20,479 nt of DNA from Sulfolobus monocaudavirus SMV1, in sequence record NC_023585.1; one strand, 5' to 3'. Position 1 is the first letter of the stretch. Every line of letters starts with the position of its first letter. Of this stretch, positions 1 through 8,921 are shown in pieces. The position numbers and the translations under genes were made by a program. The notes under the pieces were generated by a model, which was given only the letters and a program-made list of their open reading frames with translations, did not search any database and was not told the origin of the DNA.

Positions 1-1275
1 TTCTCCTTCATTCCCTTCATTTCCGCTTTGTTCCTCGTTTTCCTGCTCGTTACCCTCTTGGCTTTCTTCTCCCTCTTCGCCATTTTGACCTTCTCCGCTT
101 TCTTCTCCACTTTGAGTCCCCTCACTTTCACTTTCCTGCCCTTCTCCTCCTGATTCTTCTCCTTGCTGTTCTCCACCTTCTTCTACGCCTTCGCCTTGTT
201 CTCCACCTCCACCTTCCTCTTCTCCGCTTTGACTCTCTTCGTTTTCGTTTTCTTGTCCTTCTCCCTGTTCACCGTTTTGTCCTTCTTGTTCCTCACTATT
301 TCGTCCTTCGTTTTCGCTTCCCCCTTCTGATTCTTGTCCTTCTTGGACATTGTCTTGTTCTCCTTGGTTTCCTTCTTCTCCACTTTGTTGCCCTTCATTT
401 TCGTTTCCTTGTTCCTCTTCCTCTTCTCCACCTTCACCTTGTTTTCCACCCTGGTTTTCTTCTCCTTGCTGTTCTCCACCTTCATTTTCACTTTGCTGTT
501 CTCCTCCTTGTGATTCCCCTTCTTCTCCTTCTTGTTCTCCCTCTTCTCCACTTTGACTCCCTTTGCCTTCACTTTTCTGTCCTTCTTCCCCTAATTCCTC
601 TTCTCCACCTTGTAATTCTTGTCCCTCTTGTTCACTCCCTTGTTCTCCACCTTCTTGTGTTTCCCCTTCTCCTTGGTTACCTTCTTCGCCTTCCTGTTGC
701 CCTTGATTCTCACCGTTTTCCTGCTCGTTACCCTCTTGGCTTTCTTCTCCTAATTCCTGTCCTTGTTGCCCTTGGCTCTCTTCGCTTTCGCTTTCCTGCC
801 CTTCTCCCTCTTCCTGCTTTTCTCCTTTTTTTTCGCCTTGCCTCTGCTCTTCTTGTTGCTTTTCTTCTTTGTTGAGTCTGCTGTGTCTGAATTTTTTCTC
901 CTGTAATTCATGTTTTAACATCTGTTTGATAGTTCTAAATGATAAACCTTGCAAGTTTTTACGTTGTATCAGACGCTGAATATCGTCTAATTTTTCGTTT
1001 ATGTAGTTAATTCTATTTAAATCGATATTTTTTAAAAAATTATAAACAAAATAAGCGAGTACTGCTGGGAATTGCAACAGAAGTTTGTTTTGTTGTGACG
1101 CTATCTTGACAAGTTTATATACAGCATCTCTTAAACTAGCCCTAAGGTCTGGTGTAATTGTGAGATAACGAGACTTAGATTTTAAATCCTTTATCACTGT
1201 TTCAAAGATAGTGTCTGTTAGTTCTGTTAGTTGTCTCTCTTCATCTTCATTATTATTATTAAAGAAGCTTTGCAT
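1..1275 (-). CDS. Partial CDS running off the left edge: about 125-aa N-terminal domain (MQSFFNNNNEDEERQLTELTDTIFETVIKDLKSK...) followed by at least 300 aa of Glu/Gly/Gln/Ser/Asn-rich low-complexity repeat
   Basis: Hand translation of the minus strand from the ATG at 1275-1273 gives no stop to position 1. ATG lies 5 nt after the stop of the AAA+ gene. The plus-strand ORFs listed over 183-875 are antisense shadows of the repeats. Confidence 0.88.
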   Translation of the reverse strand, partial: MQSFFNNNNEDEERQLTELTDTIFETVIKDLKSKSRYLTITPDLRASLRDAVYKLVKIASQQNKLLLQFPAVLAYFVYNFLKNIDLNRINYINEKLDDIQRLIQRKNLQGLSFRTIKQMLKHELQEKKFRHSRLNKEEKQQEEQRQGEKKGEKQEEGEGQESESEESQGQQGQELGEESQEGNEQENGENQGQQEGEEGNQGEGETQEGGEQGSEQEGQELQGGEEELGEEGQKSEGKGSQSGEEGEQEGEEGESQGGEQQSENEGGEQQGEENQGGKQGEGGEEEEEQGNENEGQQSGEEGNQGEQDNVQEGQESEGGSENEGRNSEEQEGQNGEQGEGQENENEESQSGEEEGGGGEQGEGVEEGGEQQGEESGGEGQESESEGTQSGEESGEGQNGEEGEESQEGNEQENEEQSGNEGNEGE

Positions 1276-1280
1276 AAATC

Positions 1281-3047
1281 TCACTTCATCTGTGAAAGTA
1301 TCTTCTTAGTTTTTTCTAATGTGCCTATGAAATCTAGTATTTTAGTCCTTGCCTCACCTATAGTATCGTCAAGACTCTTCATTATTATTTCTTTTTGCTC
1401 TTGGGCTACCACTGCTTCTGGTAATGCGTTAGAAAATTGCGGGAAGAATTTTCGTATCCCCGAGATGAGTTTACTGTACTCTTCGCTCTCTCCTAGTTTC
1501 ATTAGTTCGTTAAATTTACTTTCAATGTCAGCTTTTATCCTATCATAAGCTTTATCAAGCTCGGTCATCGCATTGGCTTTTATACGATCTATATCTATCT
1601 TGTCAGAGACAGTAGATACAATGCTTTGGAGCAGTTTCTGTGCTAAAGTCCTAATTTTAACATTATTGGCGTACTTAGTTGCAACATCGTTTAAGGTACC
1701 TACAGCTTTTATAAAATTAATCAACTTATACAGTGTGTCACCAGTACTATTTGTTACCGCAGAAAATTTCGTAACAAGATCTGCTCTATCTTTTGCTAAA
1801 TCGGGCGACGTCGCTGGAAATGTTTTAGTAATAACATCTACAGCGTAAGCCGACGTTTCGTCTAGCAACTTATTTAGGTTTTCGTCTGTCAATATTTTCT
1901 CTGCTGTTTTAGAAATACTTTTTACCAAGCTATTAATATCAATATCAATAGAGGACTTATTATTCGATGCACTTGTGTTGAAATACGATTTGATCAATGA
2001 CGAGACTAGAGGAAATACTATATTCTTTAGCTCTGGTGTGAATGGAATTGTAAGATAGAATGCTAATGCAGTATGCACTGGTGTAATTGTTGAATTGCCG
2101 AACATTTCACGTAATGCGTTAGCGACCTGCATTATGCTTTTGAACTTTCTCTCGCTGATTGTCAGATACCCACCCAGCGATTTGAAGTACGACCTTACAA
2201 CTCCGGAATCACCAAACGCTCTTGGATTTTGCAAAGCCTGTGCTATTGCACCTAGGATGAGATTAGCCTGCTTCACCGCTTCGAGTACAATATCTTGCGT
2301 TATGTATTTGGTGTAATCTGAAAGAATTTTATCCTGTATCTTTTTGACTTCGTCATAACTCGTTACAATTGGGATAGAAGTAGGCTTAGATGCTGTGAGA
2401 ACTTTATAGTACCTTTCTGCGGTTGAGCGGAGATCTTGTAGGTCTTCCAAGTTAGGTGAAAGAACTGTAGCGAATAACTTGAACCTATCGAGGAATGCTC
2501 TGTCCGCTTGTGTATTTACCCTCACCTCGTTTGACGCAGAAAAGAACGCTAGCCACGGTAACGAGATCTCTTTGCTTCCATTCCGGAACTTCTTTTCATT
2601 AATCGCTCTAAACAGCGATTCGGCAAGAACTTTGTTGCTCTTGAAAATCTCATCTATGAAAACTAATTTAGCAGAAGGCAAGAAGCCTTCAGTAATATAT
2701 TCTAGTACTCCTTCTTCTCTCAATTTTTTTAGGTTGGTATTTCCAAAAATGTCTTCTGGTGTCATTGCCTCGTGAGCGAGTACTATAAAAAGCTCTTCTG
2801 GTTTAATCCCATCGATCATTTTTGATAAGATCTCGATAGTATACGTTTTTGCAGTTCCTGGGTCTCCGATGAGCAGGGTAGGAAACCCTGTCAAAAGTCC
2901 TGTTATAACAGCTGTTTTGACGTCTTCATTTCCGACAACGTATTTATCTAACTCGTCTTTTAAACGCCTTGCAATGGTAGAAACATCAGTAGAAGACGAC
3001 AAAATTTCACTGCTCTTTTCTTGTTCTTGTAATTGCATAAAAAGCAT
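1281..3047 (-). CDS. MoxR/RavA-type AAA+ ATPase (bicaudavirus p618-like by inference)
   Basis: Walker A LLIGDPGTAKTYT, Walker B LVFIDEIFKSNKVLAESLFRAINEKKF, sensor-1-like FFSASNE, typical of the MoxR branch. Confidence 0.93.
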   Translation of the reverse strand: MLFMQLQEQEKSSEILSSSTDVSTIARRLKDELDKYVVGNEDVKTAVITGLLTGFPTLLIGDPGTAKTYTIEILSKMIDGIKPEELFIVLAHEAMTPEDIFGNTNLKKLREEGVLEYITEGFLPSAKLVFIDEIFKSNKVLAESLFRAINEKKFRNGSKEISLPWLAFFSASNEVRVNTQADRAFLDRFKLFATVLSPNLEDLQDLRSTAERYYKVLTASKPTSIPIVTSYDEVKKIQDKILSDYTKYITQDIVLEAVKQANLILGAIAQALQNPRAFGDSGVVRSYFKSLGGYLTISERKFKSIMQVANALREMFGNSTITPVHTALAFYLTIPFTPELKNIVFPLVSSLIKSYFNTSASNNKSSIDIDINSLVKSISKTAEKILTDENLNKLLDETSAYAVDVITKTFPATSPDLAKDRADLVTKFSAVTNSTGDTLYKLINFIKAVGTLNDVATKYANNVKIRTLAQKLLQSIVSTVSDKIDIDRIKANAMTELDKAYDRIKADIESKFNELMKLGESEEYSKLISGIRKFFPQFSNALPEAVVAQEQKEIIMKSLDDTIGEARTKILDFIGTLEKTKKILSQMK

Positions 3048-3060
3048 CTAGCGTCAGAAA

Positions 3061-3113
3061 CTTAAAAATTTTCCTCAAACATCTGTTTGAGCACCAAAAC
3101 CAACTTTTTAAAT
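3061..3113. promoter_or_regulatory. Divergent promoter region with a CAAACATCTGTTTG site between two outward TATA elements
   Basis: Minus-strand TATA (aatttttaag, 3061-3071) for the AAA+ gene; plus-strand TATA (actttttaaatg, about 3104-3113) for the 3137 gene; 14-bp site at 3076-3089. Confidence 0.6.
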
Positions 3114-3136
3114 GACTTCTGGAGCAAGCAATTATT

Positions 3137-3781
3137 ATGAGCCAAAATAACTCCAATAAAAAACAACAACAAGAACCCACATATGAAATACCTGCAAGCA
3201 CGATAACGCCTACACCACCGCAACTATTTCCACAAATACAACAAACCCAACAACAACCTCAGTTATCGCCACTTGGGAAGAGAAATATTGTAAAAGTAGA
3301 CCCAAACCTGGTCAGACAAGCAATCAGGGAAAAAGCTATAATCCCTACAAGGCAGGTGACACAAAAAGAAGCCATCAAAATAACAACTGTGCAAGAAATC
3401 CTAAACAATTATGTCTTAATTCTAACAAAAGATCTTAAGAGCGGGTCTCTGCAGTTCTACGGCACACCATATAACGTAGATGATAATTTCCAGATTTTAT
3501 TATCGATTTTAACGGATAGATTTTCAAGTCTTTCCATTGACGAATTGTCTGAAAAGTTTTCAGAGCTTCATAGTTTGATATCAAGCGATGCAAATTATGA
3601 TGATATAATAGCTAAACTTAATGATGCACATAAATTAGTAATGTTACTTTTGTTAGCGTTTGAAAGGAGTATCATGGAAGTCGCAGGAGTAAGCACATCG
3701 AAAATGAGAGTAGAAATGTTATCGCCACTCGAAATAGCACAGACGTTAGGTATTACTCCAATCAGCACAGATAGACTATAG
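3137..3781 (+). CDS. Hypothetical protein, Gln/Pro-rich N-terminus and helical C-terminal region
   Basis: 214-aa ORF with TATA-like element upstream. Confidence 0.8.
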   Translation: MSQNNSNKKQQQEPTYEIPASTITPTPPQLFPQIQQTQQQPQLSPLGKRNIVKVDPNLVRQAIREKAIIPTRQVTQKEAIKITTVQEILNNYVLILTKDLKSGSLQFYGTPYNVDDNFQILLSILTDRFSSLSIDELSEKFSELHSLISSDANYDDIIAKLNDAHKLVMLLLLAFERSIMEVAGVSTSKMRVEMLSPLEIAQTLGITPISTDRL

Positions 3782-3819
3782 GAGATAGGGATTTCATTAG
3801 GGTTTACAGGCCGTCGATT

Positions 3820-4869
3820 ATGGAGGCAAAACTGAAAGATAATATAGCATGGTTTTTGGCAGGGCTAGGTTTAGTCAGCATAGGATCAGCGTTTTTAGGT
3901 GATGGAAAACCGTATTTATTGCCTACCGCATTTCTCGTTGTTGCCTTAGGTATGCTCTCTATATTCGTAAGGCGAAGAATACTCATTGTTTCGGCTTTTG
4001 CTATTGCGACTATTACAGCTGTAGCGAATATAATTACAGGGTTACCTGTCCTAACGGATGAAGAATCAATAATATTATATGCGTCACAATTATTCCTCGA
4101 CGGAAAAAATCCGTACCTTTACTCAATGGCTAAAGCGTTTTCCATATATCACGTTCCGTATAACGTTGTGACCGGCACTACGGCAAGCTCATTTTTGCCG
4201 TTCGTCTATATTTACCCCCCATTATCGTTCATCAGCGTTGCAGTTTTCCATAACCTTGAAACAGTAAACATAATAACAGCTGTTTTAGCTTTTACGTATT
4301 CCTTCCTCAAAAGACACGAAAACGTTTTCATCGCATCTTTTTTCCTATTTCCCGCACTTTCGTACGATTTTGCGACAGGGCAAGAACTGAACCTTTTCGC
4401 ATATTCTATCGCGTTTCTTGCCCTACTTAATGAGAGATTCAGATACCTGCTCCTAGGAATCTCTGCAGACGTAAAGCAGTTTGCGATACTGATAGCTATT
4501 CTTCTAATTAAATTTGAAAGGCAAAAACTTAGAAAGATAACAGAATTCACATTACCGTTACTGCTCTCATCAATACCCTTCATTTCAAAGCAGTACCTTG
4601 CGTCCGTTATAACTATTACACAACCGGTTGCAGAACAGGGCGTTTCGTTTTCACTTCTTACCGCATTCGGGTTACCTATCCCCTCATTCATGTATACCGT
4701 ACTTGAGGTGTCTCTTTTCGCATTAATCCTATTATATAATAATAGGAAAGAATTGGCTTGGGGTCTTCCGGCGTTAATATGGATATTCTCTTTTAGAGAT
4801 TTAGGGTATTTTACATTTTATTTTGCGTTACAGTACGCAGAGTGGATGGTGCAAGATGCAAAAGTTTGA
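3820..4869 (+). CDS. Multi-pass membrane protein, probable GT-C superfamily glycosyltransferase
   Basis: About 9-10 hydrophobic segments; TDEESIILYASQLFLDGKNPY and later YIYPPLS resemble the acidic loop, GxNPY and YPPL motifs of GT-C/GT87-like enzymes. Confidence 0.6.
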   Translation: MEAKLKDNIAWFLAGLGLVSIGSAFLGDGKPYLLPTAFLVVALGMLSIFVRRRILIVSAFAIATITAVANIITGLPVLTDEESIILYASQLFLDGKNPYLYSMAKAFSIYHVPYNVVTGTTASSFLPFVYIYPPLSFISVAVFHNLETVNIITAVLAFTYSFLKRHENVFIASFFLFPALSYDFATGQELNLFAYSIAFLALLNERFRYLLLGISADVKQFAILIAILLIKFERQKLRKITEFTLPLLLSSIPFISKQYLASVITITQPVAEQGVSFSLLTAFGLPIPSFMYTVLEVSLFALILLYNNRKELAWGLPALIWIFSFRDLGYFTFYFALQYAEWMVQDAKV

Positions 4870-5527
4870 AATCGTGCTAATGTTAGCAGTTATAATACCA
4901 TCTCTTTTCACGTTTTCTATTTTTTTCTATCACCCGCAATTGCATGCAAAAGTATTGGATTTTTACGATATAGGAGAAATAAATAAGTACAACGTAATAA
5001 CGATATACATACAAAACCCTACCAATAAAACATATGTATTGGTGCCTATAATTAATAGCCATCGTTGGTACCCAAACATAATAATCCTAAAACCGCACGA
5101 ATATGTTATAGTAAACGTTACGGCACCTGATCCTACTGTTGCCATTTCACAAAACTCTCCCTATGTAATTACATTCTATTTGTATAACACTCAAACTGCT
5201 GTGTTATCCATAAGCGGATTCGCCCCTGCAGGTACGATATATCCGATCGTAAATCCTAATTTTACTGTAATTTATAACTCATCCTATGGGATATCCGAGT
5301 ATGGCTGGCAGATACTATATAACGGGCATATAACGGTGCAAAAAGGAAAAATCATAATAAATGGAACAGCATTGATAGAACAGGCATTATACTACCCAGT
5401 GAATGGAAGCATAACAGTGGTACATGATGGTGGGGAAGTAAAAGCGTGTATATGCGATAACATTGTAGTCATTTACGCAAAGAATACTGCAATCTTCTCG
5501 GTGATTCTAACCTCCTCCTCGCAGTAG
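4856..5527 (+). CDS. Signal/anchor-bearing extracellular protein rich in N-glycosylation sequons
   Basis: MQKFEIVLMLAVIIPSLFTFSIFF at the N-terminus; sequons NKT, NVT, NFT, NSS, NGT, NGS. The ORF track start is 4823; the internal Met at 4856 is a better start and overlaps the upstream gene end. Confidence 0.75.
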   Translation: MQKFEIVLMLAVIIPSLFTFSIFFYHPQLHAKVLDFYDIGEINKYNVITIYIQNPTNKTYVLVPIINSHRWYPNIIILKPHEYVIVNVTAPDPTVAISQNSPYVITFYLYNTQTAVLSISGFAPAGTIYPIVNPNFTVIYNSSYGISEYGWQILYNGHITVQKGKIIINGTALIEQALYYPVNGSITVVHDGGEVKACICDNIVVIYAKNTAIFSVILTSSSQ

Positions 5528-5570
5528 TTCGAACTTACAAAAAATGGGGGTTAAGGAGCGGAAAGCCCAG

Positions 5571-5590
5571 CCCTCCCAGGGTGGGGAGGG
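5571..5590. other. GC-rich stem-loop (CCCTCCC-AGGGTG-GGGAGGG)
   Basis: Perfect 7-bp stem just after the 5527 stop, in the context ggagcggaaagcccagccctcccagggtggggagggttttcatcac. Confidence 0.6.
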
Positions 5591-5627
5591 TTTTCATCAC
5601 AAATCGGAAAAAAGAGGTGATATGCAT

Positions 5628-5883
5628 GCCGTTTGTCCCTACACTTTCATTTCAATCATTTTATGATCATTCATGATCGAGTGTAGGGACTTAGCCCTCA
5701 ACCACCTTATAGGTGGGTCATGGGACTCCTTCGAGCCCAACGGCACGGGGCTCACATCTCTGTAATCACTCCCACCCTTTTGGGCATAGCCCACATCGGT
5801 GTGAGAGATCATCATTTATTAACAAAAGTTTGTTACAAACAAATATAAAAAGATTTCTATCAACGTGAAAAAGGATTCAGCCC
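5628..5883 (-). repeat. 256-bp repeat, copy A, inverted relative to 19451-19706
   Basis: Base-by-base reverse-complement comparison showed no mismatch over 256 bp; identity ends at both boundaries. Confidence 0.97.
5639..5815 (-). CDS. 58-codon ORF inside repeat copy A (MMISHTDVGYAQKGGSDYRDVSPVPLGSKESHDPPIRWLRAKSLHSIMNDHKMIEMKV)
   Basis: Open frame with a TATA-like tttttatatt about 30 nt upstream of the ATG; could instead be a structured RNA locus or a degenerate transposase fragment. Confidence 0.35.
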   Translation of the reverse strand: MMISHTDVGYAQKGGSDYRDVSPVPLGSKESHDPPIRWLRAKSLHSIMNDHKMIEMKV

Positions 5884-5947
5884 TATTCAAATCTAAGTCG
5901 GGTAACCTTTTTTGGTTCGTAAAAGTCAGACCCAGTATTCCGCTCTC

Positions 5948-5963
5948 ACAAACAGCTGTTTGT
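5948..5963. repeat. Palindrome ACAAACAGCTGTTTGT
   Basis: 16-bp perfect palindrome between convergent genes. Confidence 0.9.
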
Positions 5964-6023
5964 ATTATTTTATCTTTCATCTACGAGTACAAATTTCTTT
6001 AGAACTGAAAAATCCCTGTAGCT

Positions 6024-6692
6024 CTAACGTGGAATATTTATATTCATCCTGATAAACTGCAATGCCTTCAGTAACTGCGTTTTCTTCTCGGTTACACATT
6101 CTCTATAGTACTTCGCCGTGCATTTTTTCTCAATAGTATTTTCATCTATTCCTAATTCGCTGACAAGTGTCTGATATAATGATGTGCCTTTAATACTGCT
6201 AATCATAGTAGCCGTCCTTATTTGTACGTCCTTTAGTATGCTCAGCACGGTGAGTACATCAAACCCATTTGGGTTAACGAATTTTGTCAGTACGTCTATG
6301 AGATACGAACTTTCAGCCACAAGTGCTTCCTCGTTGACATAAAACAGATGTTTTTTCCTTGTGCTATTTAGTATTTTCGTTACCAACGGCGTAACATCAT
6401 CACCAGACGCATTCATCACGATGAACATTATATCGCAACCGATTTTTAGTATATGCCTTAGTTCGTCCTCAGACGTCGCGTTCTCATATTTTTTGAGAAC
6501 TAATTCCCTCCATAGTTCTTCTATCTCGTCGCTGTAATAGGTAAGCATTACAGTGTTCAGCCTCTCTATAGCTAAAGTAGGATATACCATACTGTTGTTT
6601 CCCATACATACCTCTTTATACACAATGAATTGGAATTGCTCAGCAGAAGGGACTTCGTCCTTTTTAGTATATACCATTGTCCACCACCTCAC
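6024..6692 (-). CDS. Hypothetical protein
   Basis: ORF at the distal end of a minus-strand operon-like run; overlaps the 6689-7213 gene by 4 nt. Confidence 0.75.
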   Translation of the reverse strand: MRWWTMVYTKKDEVPSAEQFQFIVYKEVCMGNNSMVYPTLAIERLNTVMLTYYSDEIEELWRELVLKKYENATSEDELRHILKIGCDIMFIVMNASGDDVTPLVTKILNSTRKKHLFYVNEEALVAESSYLIDVLTKFVNPNGFDVLTVLSILKDVQIRTATMISSIKGTSLYQTLVSELGIDENTIEKKCTAKYYRECVTEKKTQLLKALQFIRMNINIPR

Positions 6693-7213
6693 TCAACCGT
6701 AAACCAGTCACAATTACTGCACGAAACATTGTTTATATCTTGAATTATAACACTATCACCTAAGCATACCGCAATACGCTTATGACCAGGCTTTTTCACT
6801 TTCGCTATAATACACTTATTATAGTTAAACGTAATGTGCTTAAACCCACCTATATCGAATTCTAAAGCGTCGAATATGTACCCCCCATCGGTTTTATACT
6901 GTATTTCACGGTACGAAGATATGTAATATTCAGAAGTTGTTGTCGAGCTTACTATTGCAAACTTCTTTAGGTCGACTTGTTTTTTTAGAAAAATCACATA
7001 GTTAGTATCTTTTATCATTACGTCTGTGATAAAGTAAATCCCAGGGTACGTGATCCTGTGCTGTAACCTGCTGGCTATCCCCATATCAATATGAAGAGTG
7101 TATTCATCCCCATTTTCGACTATTTTGTATATTTTATTCTTGAATACATTACGTAGATAGTTGAATAATATCACATTTTTCCCAACGAGTGATTGCAAAT
7201 ATGAGAGAGACAT
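6689..7213 (-). CDS. Hypothetical protein
   Basis: 174-aa ORF, tightly packed with both neighbours. Confidence 0.75.
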   Translation of the reverse strand: MSLSYLQSLVGKNVILFNYLRNVFKNKIYKIVENGDEYTLHIDMGIASRLQHRITYPGIYFITDVMIKDTNYVIFLKKQVDLKKFAIVSSTTTSEYYISSYREIQYKTDGGYIFDALEFDIGGFKHITFNYNKCIIAKVKKPGHKRIAVCLGDSVIIQDINNVSCSNCDWFTVE

Positions 7214-7791
7214 TATAGCCCCAACCCCAGACCGAGGGATATTTGCTTATTAATAGAAGCTATGTACTCCTTCCTCGCGACACTAGCAAAAATAAAGTAA
7301 TTATTGAAGGTAATCCCAACGGCACCGAATGTATCAAATTCCTTCGAATAGTTTGCAGGATTATCGTCTTCAAATTTGTTTATGAGGAAATAATTCGTCA
7401 CATCGTTATTTCGTTCTAGGTTGAGCCAAATCCACCTTGGGAAGACGAAAAACTTCCTTTTAGTGTTCGCATTCATTTTTAGTACTTTCACTCTCTTTCT
7501 TGCATACGCTTGCGGAGAAATGTGAACTATGGCAAAATAGACTATCCTGTCACTGGGGTTCCCCTGGTTTACTTGTGTAGTCATCTTATAGTATAATTTC
7601 AGAAAATCAACTGGCAAATCCAAGAGCACAGAAATACCACTAGTTTCCGAATACATTATAGCAACATGTACGCCATTTTTTTCTATTATCCTTGTTTTTT
7701 TATCAATGTTGACTATGGCTGAGGGCAAAAATAATAATGCGTCGTAATTCTTATAGACGATTGGCAACGCTTTTTTCTTAAACATTAACAT
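7213..7791 (-). CDS. Hypothetical protein
   Basis: 192-aa ORF overlapping the downstream gene at its stop. Confidence 0.75.
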   Translation of the reverse strand: MLMFKKKALPIVYKNYDALLFLPSAIVNIDKKTRIIEKNGVHVAIMYSETSGISVLLDLPVDFLKLYYKMTTQVNQGNPSDRIVYFAIVHISPQAYARKRVKVLKMNANTKRKFFVFPRWIWLNLERNNDVTNYFLINKFEDDNPANYSKEFDTFGAVGITFNNYFIFASVARKEYIASINKQISLGLGLGL

Positions 7792-7805
7792 GGGTATTAC
7801 CCCTC

Positions 7806-8216
7806 CTAAGGTATGAAATAACCATCATCTTTACTACCAAAAGAAAGGTGTAACACATCAACAGCAAACGCATAAATAAAGTATGCTATAGATAGCCCAA
7901 GGATTGCGATACTGATGTATAGAAGTACAACACCATCGGTACTGTAAGGTGTAATTCTGTACGTCACATTGAACGGTGTAGTGTATACTGGGTTATATGT
8001 TATATAAGGAGAAAGATATAGAGAAATTAGAGTAAACCCTATAGAAAACGTTAGAAACGGCAAAGCAAGTCGCAGATGGGTTAAGCTACTGTTTCTTAGT
8101 AGAAACAGCTCAATTATTGTCATTATAATGAACCCTCCTGCGATGTCAACAAGAAAGACCTGGGTGTAGAAAAATGGGGGTAACGCATTTATTACGGTTG
8201 GATTTGTCGCTGTCAT
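7806..8216 (-). CDS. Four-TM membrane protein
   Basis: 136 aa with hydrophobic segments (FFYTQVFLVDIAGGFIIMTIIELFLL; ALPFLTFSIGFTLISLYLS; YSTDGVVLLYISIAILGLSIAYFIYAFA). Confidence 0.75.
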   Translation of the reverse strand: MTATNPTVINALPPFFYTQVFLVDIAGGFIIMTIIELFLLRNSSLTHLRLALPFLTFSIGFTLISLYLSPYITYNPVYTTPFNVTYRITPYSTDGVVLLYISIAILGLSIAYFIYAFAVDVLHLSFGSKDDGYFIP

Positions 8217-8500
8217 ACCTCCTCAACATCTCCGCACAGTTCTTTTTCGTTTATGATTTCTTCGATTGTGGTACCGTTCCTAATTCTTTCCGTGATTACT
8301 CTCATGGTGTTAAGAAGGGATATAGCCGTGAATGGTGGTGTTTTTATTTCTTCGGTTACTCCGTCATCATTAACTCTCCAATACCCCTTTAGTAGAAGGT
8401 ACATATATGACAGCATTTCAGGAAAATCTTCATCATATTTACTTTGAATAGAAGAAATACTCTCGAACGCCTTCAAAAGAATTTTACACTCTGGTTTCAT
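8213..8500 (-). CDS. Small hypothetical protein, first gene of the minus-strand operon
   Basis: Track start at 8518 is TTG; ATG at 8500 fits a leaderless start relative to the TATA-like element at 8524-8534. Overlaps the next gene by 4 nt. Confidence 0.7.
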   Translation of the reverse strand: MKPECKILLKAFESISSIQSKYDEDFPEMLSYMYLLLKGYWRVNDDGVTEEIKTPPFTAISLLNTMRVITERIRNGTTIEEIINEKELCGDVEEV

Positions 8501-8523
8501 GTCTTTAACTTGCCACAAAAAGG

Positions 8524-8560
8524 TTTAAAAAAACGAATCGTTTCTTAAACATATGTTTGA
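8524..8560 (-). promoter_or_regulatory. Promoter with palindrome TAAACATATGTTTG upstream of TATA
   Basis: TATA-like gtttttttaaacc followed on the distal side by the site at 8547-8560. Confidence 0.6.
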
Positions 8561-8666
8561 GAACTAACTCGGCTTTTTTAAGAGTATCGTGCAAAGAATT
8601 TATCATGGTAAGTATTAAACAGGCTTATCTTAGCTTAGAAGAAAAGGAGAAGGGAAGAAAAAAGAA

Positions 8667-8900
8667 TTACTGGCTTTGAGGTTGTTGGTTTTGAATGGTT
8701 TGTTTAGGTTTGAAAACGATTACCTTATTTGTTGGATCTAAGTAGGGTTCGTAATCTAGTAAAAAAACAGCTGAACGCCCTGGGATGCTTATATAATATA
8801 ATGGATATAATTTGCCGTTTTTCTTAGTCGATTTTATCCGCCATCTGAGTTTTACCGCAACCATCTGTTTCTCACCTATTATATAATATGAGTTATACAC
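8667..8900 (-). CDS. Small basic protein, possibly AbrB-like or other small DNA-binding protein
   Basis: 77-aa ORF; core VAVKLRWRIKSTKKNGKLYPLYYISIPG is beta-rich and basic. Actual start could be the internal MVAVK. Confidence 0.5.
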   Translation of the reverse strand: MYNSYYIIGEKQMVAVKLRWRIKSTKKNGKLYPLYYISIPGRSAVFLLDYEPYLDPTNKVIVFKPKQTIQNQQPQSQ

Positions 8901-8921
8901 TTAAAAAGGTAGTCAAGATAG

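Noticed and set aside
183-875. Plus-strand ORFs (129 aa Lys-rich; 68 aa Pro/Ser-rich; 121 aa Leu/Pro-rich)
   Set aside because: They are antisense or off-frame shadows of the long minus-strand Glu/Gly/Gln repeat ORF.
1231-3051. Plus-strand ORFs of 60-105 aa over the AAA+ gene
   Set aside because: Antisense to a clearly conserved MoxR-type ATPase; no independent support.
4212-4691. 159-aa minus-strand ORF
   Set aside because: Antisense to the membrane protein with a convincing hydrophobic pattern.
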